From the NCBI GenBank assembly GCA_964619725.1, contig CAZUFC010000031.1, positions 1,414 through 65,413 on the forward strand: DNA of 64,000 bases. Direction: 5' to 3'. Below, piece after piece: positions 58,701 through 64,000 of this stretch. The stretch's first letter is position 1. Each line of letters opens with the position of its first letter. Under the pieces are notes generated by a model. That model was not told where the DNA came from. It worked only from the letters and a program-made list of their open reading frames with translations, and did not search any database. A program made the position numbers and the translations under genes. This stretch comes from an uncultured bacterium. GTDB lineage: Bacteria > CSSED10-310 > CAZUFC01.

Positions 58701-61700
58701 CGGGAACAGCATTGCATTCAATCGCGACGACGCCTTGTGTGTCATTAACAGCGACGGCTCCAATCCCGCTATACTGCTCAGCGACGGCATATACAATCAT
58801 CTCGAACCCTCCTGGTCTGCAGACGGCGCGGCAGTCGCCTACACGAGGTCTCTCTACACCGACAGAATCAGGATATTTAATCTCAGTAATGCACAGGATG
58901 CACTGCTGGCTGACGTGGCCCCCGCACGCTCCTCTGCCTGGTCGCTCGACAGCGAAAATGTTCTCTTTACCTTCGAAAACGCTATCTGGAACGCCTCCCT
59001 CGACGGCAGCTCCACCGAAAAACTCATCGAAAATTACTCCTGGCAGGATGCTCATCCCGCCTGGGGACCCCAAGGCAACGTCATGGCCTTCCAGAGCACC
59101 CGTAACGGAGTATGGAACATCTGGCTGATGACCGTGCTCGAGGTGACCGGAGTGGCTGCCGATCCGTCTGTTTTCTCTCCTAACGACGACGGCGAATATG
59201 ATTTCACCGAAATCGTCTATACTCCTTCCATCGATAACGTCACGGTTACTCTCAGAATCTATAACGACGACGACACTCTCGTCAGAACCATTGTAGACGA
59301 CGAAACCAGAAACGGCGGCGAAAACAGAGAAAACTGGGACGGCAGAAACGATTACGGGCAATTGCTGCCCTCAGGCGTTTATACGTTTACTCTTGACATA
59401 ATCAGCGCTTCAGGGCAAAGCGAAGTGCATGAAGCCGGCCAGGTCCTCCTGGATGTCGGAGCTCCGGAAACCGTGGCGGAATTCAACGGCGGCCATTATC
59501 CCGAAGGCGGCATCGATTATATTGCAGCCGGTACATCCGTATCGCTGCAGGCTCAGGATACATTATCCGATGTCGATGTTACCTTCTGGAGTACAGACGG
59601 CGGAACGGAATGGCATGAATATGCGAGCTCACTGCAATTCCCTGCCCCCGGCGCCGTATCTATGGCATACTACTCCATCGATACCGTAGCCAACGTCGAA
59701 AACGAGCATCAGAAAAACCTCTATGTCGATAACGCTCCTCCCTTGACCGAGCTTGAAACGAGCGAAGAACTCTATTCTGACGGAACCAATAATTACGCTC
59801 AATCAGACGTCACTTTCTCCCTGTCTGCAGACGACGGCGACGGTTGCGGCGTTGCAGGCATCTTTTACACCCTGGACGGCGGCGATCAGGCTGAGTATTC
59901 AACACCGCTGCAGTTTACCGGCGAAGGAGTGCATCAGCTTTCATACTACTCACAGGACAATGTGGATAATGCCGAACTCCCGACATCCCTGTCGGTCATC
60001 ATAGACGATACGCCTCCTGAACTGGGGTATCAGTTCGTCGGAGAACATTTCTTCAACGGCGTCATCGACTTCATCACAACCTCTACGGAAGTCCACCTGA
60101 CGGCAAATGATGCCTCCAGCGGCTCGGATTACATCGAATACAGCATTAACGGCGGCGACTGGTATGAGTATATCGACCCGCTGACTTTCGGAACCGAGGG
60201 CGCTTACACGATCGATTATCACGCCTATGATAACGTCGGAAACCTCAGCGCAGACGAAACCATCGAACTGGAAGCCGCTGCGGAAATTCCTACCACACGG
60301 ATCATTCCCGATCCTCCGCTTTACGTAAAAGAGGACGTCAATTACGCTCCTCTGTCCTGCATATTTACAATTGAAACATCTGCAGAACATGTGGAAATCA
60401 ACATCGACGGCGGCGGATTTGAGACGTATACGGGACCGTTCACTCTTTCGGGCGAAGGCGAACACAGCATCGAATTCAAGGGCGTAACGGGCGGTATGGA
60501 CGAACCGGCATCCACATTGGTGGTGACCGTTGATGATACTCCGCCTGCTTCGCTCCTCGATCTTGATCTTCCCACCTACTCCTCCGATCCGACATACATT
60601 ACTCCCGAAAACGATATCTCCATCAGCGCTGAGGATACTCTGTCCGGCGTCGATGCAATTGAGTATTCCCTGACAGGACCTGAAAACTGGACGCCTTATC
60701 TGTTTGCCTTCTCCATCGTCAACGAAGGAGCCGTTACCCTGTATTATCGATCTTCCGACAATGTGGGCAATGTCGAAACAGCTCAATCCATCGACCTGTT
60801 CGTGGACGGCATTCCGCCTTCAGTCGATCCCATTCAGCCGAGCGGCGAGCTGTTCGTCCATCAGGATCAGAACTATGCAACGCCCGATCTGACTTACAGC
60901 CTTTCGGGAACCGATGAACAATCCGGATTGGATTACCTGGAATATAGCGTCAATACAGGCAATTACATCGAATATACCGGACCCTTCTCACTGGGAACAG
61001 GATTGAAAAACGTCGAATACCGCGGCGTGGACAATCTCGGCAACACATCAGAGCCACTTTTATTCACGGTATATGTCGACGGGGCAGCGCCGGATTCCAC
61101 TCTGGTCGTCGGTAATCCTCATTACGGCGACGATCCGATCTACATCGTTTCCAACACCTTCCTGGCGATCAGCGCTGATGACGGTTCCGGAAGCGGCGTA
61201 GCGCACTCCTATTACAAGATAGATGGAGCGCCCGAATTCACCGAATTTACCTGGCCGTTCCATCTCTCAGGCGATGAACTGCATACGGTTGAGTTCTATT
61301 CAATCGATAATCTGGATAACACGGAAACGGTCAAGAGCGAGAATCTAGTCATTGATGAAACTCCGCCCACACTGTCGACTGAGGTCACGCCGCCCTTCTC
61401 CGGCGATGATCTTGTATACGTCAACACCGGCTCGACAATAATAATCAATGCCCAGGATGACGATTCAGGAGTGGACGTCATTGAATACAAATTCGGCTCC
61501 GCTTCCTTCGAGGAATACGAAGGACCGTTAAGTCTCTCCTCACCAGGATTGAAGACGCTCTACTTCAGGGCCAGGGATCACCTTCAGAACAGGAGCGAAA
61601 CGGATTCCGTCCGGCTTTACCTGGATATCGAACCGCCTGAGACGGACATTACCGCTGTCGGCGACCTGGTGACCGACGGTATCCATTTCTATGCTCTGAC

Positions 61701-64000
61701 CACTACCGAATTCGAGGTTACGGCTGAAGATGCTGCGTCAGGCGCAGCGGAAATTCAAGTCAACATCGACGGCCAGGGTTATGAAACCTATACGGGTCCC
61801 GTCTCTTTCTCCACTCTTGGTACGCACACCATCGCTCACAAAGCTGTGGACAACGTGGGCAACTGGGGCGAAGAAGTTATCTTTACGGTTGAAATAACCG
61901 ATGAGCTTCCAAGCGTCTGCCTTACGGCTATCGGATACGTCTACCAGAATGCAGGCGGTGATCGCTGGGCGCCTTCCTCCACGCTCTACGTTCTGATCGA
62001 CACCGGATATCAGATACTTGACGAAATCGTCTACAAGGTGGACGGCGGTGACTTCGAAACTTACTCCGCTCCCATTAACCTCTCCTCCGAAGGATTACAT
62101 TCCATCGAATTCGCCGGCGTCGTCGAAGGTTCACAATTGCCTTCCACTATCTATGAAATCACAGTGGACGATACCCCGCCTGTAACGAACCTGGAACTGG
62201 GCGAACCGACCTACCAACCCGGCGCCGTCACATACGTCAGCGCCGATACCCTGTTCACCCTCACACCCACAGACTCCAGCTCAGGAACATCTTTCACCAG
62301 ATACAGCCTTAACGGCGGAACTTCTTACTATCTCTACAACAATCCGTTTACGCTGGAAGGGCATTCCGACGGACTCAAGCAGTTCAGGTTCTATTCCGAA
62401 GACAACGTCAAAAACAAGGAAACCGAAAACAGCATGAGCATTCGTCTCGATAGTACGCCGCCGGTCGCCAACCTGGTACCCAGCGGGGTCCTGGTTGAAT
62501 TTGAAGGCGAATACTACGCTCCCCTGGAATACACCTACAGCCTTACCGCTTCGGATGCCGCAAGCGGACTGGACTACATCGAAGTCAATGTCGACGGACT
62601 GGGGTATGCGGTTTATTCGGCCCCCGTCGGCTTCACCACAATGGGACTGCATGAAATCAGATACAAAGCCTGCGACATACTGGGCAACTTCAGCGAAGAA
62701 GCCCTTTTCGAGGTCCATGTTGCTGATGCCGACCTGGTAAGCAAGATCGTCCCGACAATGCAGCCGGTTATGGTCGAAGATACCCGGGTCTTCCCCTCTA
62801 CCGTCAAATTCAGCCTGGAACTGGACAGCGGAAACGAAGCCTTCCTCGAAAGACTCGAATACCGGATCGATTCCGGCAATTACACCACCTACTTCACACC
62901 CTTCTCCGTCACAGAAGAAGGCGCTCACACCGTCACTTACAGGGCACTGGACGTCTTCGGAGGCATTGAAGACGCCAATACCTACTATTTCGTTATCGAC
63001 GATACCCCGCCTTTACTCTCCGACGCACACGCCGCTCCCGACCCGTTTACTCCCGACAGCGAATTCAACGTCGGCGTCGACGATACAGCAACCTTCCAGA
63101 TGAATGCCGTCGACGATCTGTTCGACAGCCTCCTGTTCACTGTAGAAATTCAAAATCAGGAAGCTGTGACGGTGCGCACCCTAGCCGAATCTCTGGAATA
63201 CGATGAAGGTATAATTTCCTTCGTCTGGGACGGCAGAGACGATCAGGACGAAACTCTGCCCGAAGGTCTCTACACATTCCTGGCCACTGTATCCGATCCT
63301 GTCGGCAATGAAGACGTTATTACCGCAGACGTCAATCTGATCAAATTCGTCCTCACTGCTCAAATTACAGACGAAGCGGAAACCCAGTCAGCCCCTGACA
63401 TAGACGGAAACCGCATTGTGTGGGAAGACTACCGTGACGGACAATACGACATCTATCTGTGGGACGGCCTCTCGGAAAACCGTCTCAACATGCAGCTCGA
63501 CGATCAGAAGTCGCCCGCGGTAAGCGGCGACCTGGTAGTTTGGGAAGATTACCGCACCGGTAATGCCGAAATATTCCTGCATGACCTGGCGACGCAATCG
63601 ACCATCAATATAACCAACAACGCCGGCGAACAGAAGAATCCCGCAGTTTCCGGCTGGACCGTAGTCTGGGAAGACGATAGAAACGGCGATTGGGACATCT
63701 ACTCCTACGATTACATGACAGGCTCTACCGTAATGGCCGCAGGCGGCGCAGGCGATCAGCGTTACCCGGCAGTCTGGAACGGAAATCTCGTATGGTGCGA
63801 TGATTCCTCAGGCGATTGGGAAGTCTATTACAGGAACCTCTTCGACCAGGAAGCCCCTGCAGCGCTGAACATCTCGGCAGATGCCGCCGACCAGCTTTCA
63901 CCCGATATATTCGGCGATTTCATCGTATGGGAAGACCACAGGAGCGGCAATGCCGACATTTACCTCTACGACCTGGCTTCACAGCAGTCCTCCGTCCTTT
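52753..64000 (+). CDS. Second giant secreted protein (at least 3749 aa, truncated at the right edge): Cys-rich repeats, FlgD-Ig, NHL propeller, ZU5-like, PD40 propeller, ~13 OmpL47-like Ig repeats, Methanosarcina-type propeller repeats. Not in the ORF track.
   Basis: ATG 2 nt after the previous stop; MKRNTILTIIAAIASVLVMTSHPAFSA signal peptide. Spot-checked codons are in frame to 64000, and an internal stop would have produced a track entry. Motifs WDGRND.G...P.G.Y, PTWSPTGDYIAFVSERDG, VWEDYR.G..DIYLYD. Confidence 0.92.
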   Translation, partial: MKRNTILTIIAAIASVLVMTSHPAFSADYQAPQENAVFTFTINNVGELDLPVTSLNASQVNSLSVSVSVNSVDPSSATIPPHGSQNFTVKFNIGCPPEGSDQVETGKFKFTVNVNDAEGPFWVDGCDFEVAGCEELEEEFTVKIKMTECEKCENFQIRQKTPEEIGLCNECVDGHIVPKPVDDNNECTTDYCDPSTGIVHHDPISCPPDDECTDWECDPGSGCYAIHDPECDNFDPLFLHTNTREAPPYTDTAKYFSPFLQDAVRPYAFIDFTLHVDTSIDVIVLDANYQEIAHPLENLSLEAGDHQVYWDGRNDQGDPMPAGSYTLIVRDSEITGWKYVEQVIVLDNDMPEAKVLGVYAEDTDGDGEFETVIKGTAADTNIRYYIIQLDIDTVPFTNFDWYESKVDAVLGVIDQEPPTDEPLTITLLVMDKAWNVSEMQITADASDTFPDSLEIQIVDFSITQEVGGLNTMTFPDDPNIWVDDSLPQSAVDPMGNWSWNDTVKWSGAYSHTHGGGAGKNYHYFIHSSEYLTPSHGWGIDLNTNIIQYVFLPSTNVPQQILVQFYTGTGNGEHRAYWGSPLMDMGGVAGTASYMHMGSMPIHGHWVRLKIPAADIGLVGTQIKGMLFATYGGKAYWDITTTSSDLYEPSESSWSVVYPGDDNTTPVFLKFHTNLPANISLGIEDSDYNIVRHLVDDEYLLNGFHEVEWDNNDDWGTVVNNGQFAYQFSTPDSPIDCDTSDYYSIIYSDTTAPNFTPGAVAVDSSDFIWVADTFNGLIIKLNSEGSAVDQIPFTDEIGGMTTDDSDNLYLTNLTTHSLVKYDSDGNQLFDLGAAELTEPADVCFAEDGLLYIADQGNEAVHVFSTDGVSQDVITPLFPGDDQMISGIAVDSDGTIFISDALNHVIEMFDSDGAYVKTLGQPGDTLGELNQPGDLQLDPNGNIFVVDTGNERLQKFDRNAFYLSAVESVEEQYDFTLPLDIALNSEGHMLIADADEGKLLRYNVARQNFEMERIIAYILVPWPDMLVAGWLNVLGTASARNFWKYSLDYGFGEEPEEWVNVVTSTNEKDNEYSFSGHHDHNSLGTIEPQGGWSPHALGTMIVRLTVDSYDGLTAEYKVRIYWSGLLTCRSGGTISSTDYKVFLTVPAGSMNCSGWLFCIQPTDQERFYDPVLTPVGDYYEFLPPWSTFSIPATLKMHYTDDDRDLDNDGTPDVSESDLAIYEWQPLDQEWTYLGGTVNADEDYVSVQIDRLTRYESFYMIAADTSDVLPPYIYQPESPTGRRLIAVQGESEPCSSVELQVNGESAGLVEADCDLGAFVRNYVELIPGENTLRGKTHSIRGDISGWSPTLSVVYNPETPVSVYSLEFMVSDYTVPLTEAVNTGDTLYLQLVGSDNDAEEIGEIYINLSSSYVDPDGFLVPLTETAASSGIYRGKAEIQEQSSPATLTIGAAQAGEILTAVSEDDPLISDQVSMADDGPPEAPVIDSDSHPSLVQAYFEQSTAGVYPYGSAGAALLRDGSTANSGNYSLKAVNDIQNGDMAILLAEEFDAAENPIVSFAYKINEGVKVNIIALVDGKWYEIVMTDDPMEVEFLGEIIYQTIGDLNVIDDGEWHETEFNLYSMLKNVLTDVPQITVEALIIAEWDQVTWGVVGPGGNNPTGAYYHLDDLYIGAPGNSNYPSFNWTVADDSSGIAGFSYSLTDIPDDIPDEVSEGLENSTSFEWNVPEGTLYFHCRALDGAGNWGDPGHYRISVDRSGPIADSPVPGDGESSSSLEIQLHITDSGGSGVDVETIEIQIEGESYDISCGGLSFDPVQEIMTLKLWMIEPSPPPIEDQQEVEVVLTVADDLAGNPLQSPFSWTWTADFSALAEGDLVLLSSLGGITPTWSPTGDYIAFVSERDGKQEIYVMESDDYTEQGATTVRLTDSPDESISKQPAWSPVDDRIAFASNRDGSSDIWVINADGTGLQKLTLDDPENLFNDTHPTWNPDGNSIAFNRDDALCVINSDGSNPAILLSDGIYNHLEPSWSADGAAVAYTRSLYTDRIRIFNLSNAQDALLADVAPARSSAWSLDSENVLFTFENAIWNASLDGSSTEKLIENYSWQDAHPAWGPQGNVMAFQSTRNGVWNIWLMTVLEVTGVAADPSVFSPNDDGEYDFTEIVYTPSIDNVTVTLRIYNDDDTLVRTIVDDETRNGGENRENWDGRNDYGQLLPSGVYTFTLDIISASGQSEVHEAGQVLLDVGAPETVAEFNGGHYPEGGIDYIAAGTSVSLQAQDTLSDVDVTFWSTDGGTEWHEYASSLQFPAPGAVSMAYYSIDTVANVENEHQKNLYVDNAPPLTELETSEELYSDGTNNYAQSDVTFSLSADDGDGCGVAGIFYTLDGGDQAEYSTPLQFTGEGVHQLSYYSQDNVDNAELPTSLSVIIDDTPPELGYQFVGEHFFNGVIDFITTSTEVHLTANDASSGSDYIEYSINGGDWYEYIDPLTFGTEGAYTIDYHAYDNVGNLSADETIELEAAAEIPTTRIIPDPPLYVKEDVNYAPLSCIFTIETSAEHVEINIDGGGFETYTGPFTLSGEGEHSIEFKGVTGGMDEPASTLVVTVDDTPPASLLDLDLPTYSSDPTYITPENDISISAEDTLSGVDAIEYSLTGPENWTPYLFAFSIVNEGAVTLYYRSSDNVGNVETAQSIDLFVDGIPPSVDPIQPSGELFVHQDQNYATPDLTYSLSGTDEQSGLDYLEYSVNTGNYIEYTGPFSLGTGLKNVEYRGVDNLGNTSEPLLFTVYVDGAAPDSTLVVGNPHYGDDPIYIVSNTFLAISADDGSGSGVAHSYYKIDGAPEFTEFTWPFHLSGDELHTVEFYSIDNLDNTETVKSENLVIDETPPTLSTEVTPPFSGDDLVYVNTGSTIIINAQDDDSGVDVIEYKFGSASFEEYEGPLSLSSPGLKTLYFRARDHLQNRSETDSVRLYLDIEPPETDITAVGDLVTDGIHFYALTTTEFEVTAEDAASGAAEIQVNIDGQGYETYTGPVSFSTLGTHTIAHKAVDNVGNWGEEVIFTVEITDELPSVCLTAIGYVYQNAGGDRWAPSSTLYVLIDTGYQILDEIVYKVDGGDFETYSAPINLSSEGLHSIEFAGVVEGSQLPSTIYEITVDDTPPVTNLELGEPTYQPGAVTYVSADTLFTLTPTDSSSGTSFTRYSLNGGTSYYLYNNPFTLEGHSDGLKQFRFYSEDNVKNKETENSMSIRLDSTPPVANLVPSGVLVEFEGEYYAPLEYTYSLTASDAASGLDYIEVNVDGLGYAVYSAPVGFTTMGLHEIRYKACDILGNFSEEALFEVHVADADLVSKIVPTMQPVMVEDTRVFPSTVKFSLELDSGNEAFLERLEYRIDSGNYTTYFTPFSVTEEGAHTVTYRALDVFGGIEDANTYYFVIDDTPPLLSDAHAAPDPFTPDSEFNVGVDDTATFQMNAVDDLFDSLLFTVEIQNQEAVTVRTLAESLEYDEGIISFVWDGRDDQDETLPEGLYTFLATVSDPVGNEDVITADVNLIKFVLTAQITDEAETQSAPDIDGNRIVWEDYRDGQYDIYLWDGLSENRLNMQLDDQKSPAVSGDLVVWEDYRTGNAEIFLHDLATQSTINITNNAGEQKNPAVSGWTVVWEDDRNGDWDIYSYDYMTGSTVMAAGGAGDQRYPAVWNGNLVWCDDSSGDWEVYYRNLFDQEAPAALNISADAADQLSPDIFGDFIVWEDHRSGNADIYLYDLASQQSSVL

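Noticed and set aside
52936-63597. Many short track ORFs in the last 11 kb
   Set aside because: Shadow frames of the single long plus-strand ORF starting at 52753.
38333-64000. RTX, RHS or contractile-injection toxin locus
   Set aside because: No GGxGxD nonapeptides, YD repeats or phage-tail genes in the visible sequence.

Overview
Chromosomal window from a diderm bacterium (OmpA lipoprotein, exosortase-type tail). The protein repertoire resembles uncultured Acidobacteriota-related lineages such as CSSED10-310, but that is recollection only and not verified. Surface and secreted proteins dominate: a collagen-like fibre protein (truncated at the left edge), a secreted GH57-type amylolytic enzyme, an FG-GAP protein with an IPTL-CTERM-like tail, two tandem gingipain-like (C25) proteases, a transglutaminase-elicitor-like protein, and two giant acidic repeat proteins (4805 aa, and at least 3749 aa; the second is missing from the ORF track because it runs off the right edge). 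Also present: a small glycosylation cluster (B12 radical SAM, GT4, GT2), hflX, an OmpA/VWA/helicase-exonuclease operon, a sulfatase-like protein and malQ. Best novelty candidates: (1) a ~115-aa C-terminal domain after a Pro/Thr linker, shared by unrelated secreted enzymes (possible lineage-specific secretion or anchoring signal); (2) a dispersed non-coding element (~75-bp core plus CGA-hexamer arrays) in convergent intergenic gaps; (3) the giant adhesin operon, with a divergent transglutaminase-like gene and a domain inserted into different FN3 loops. No rRNA, tRNA, CRISPR or transposase was recognised.
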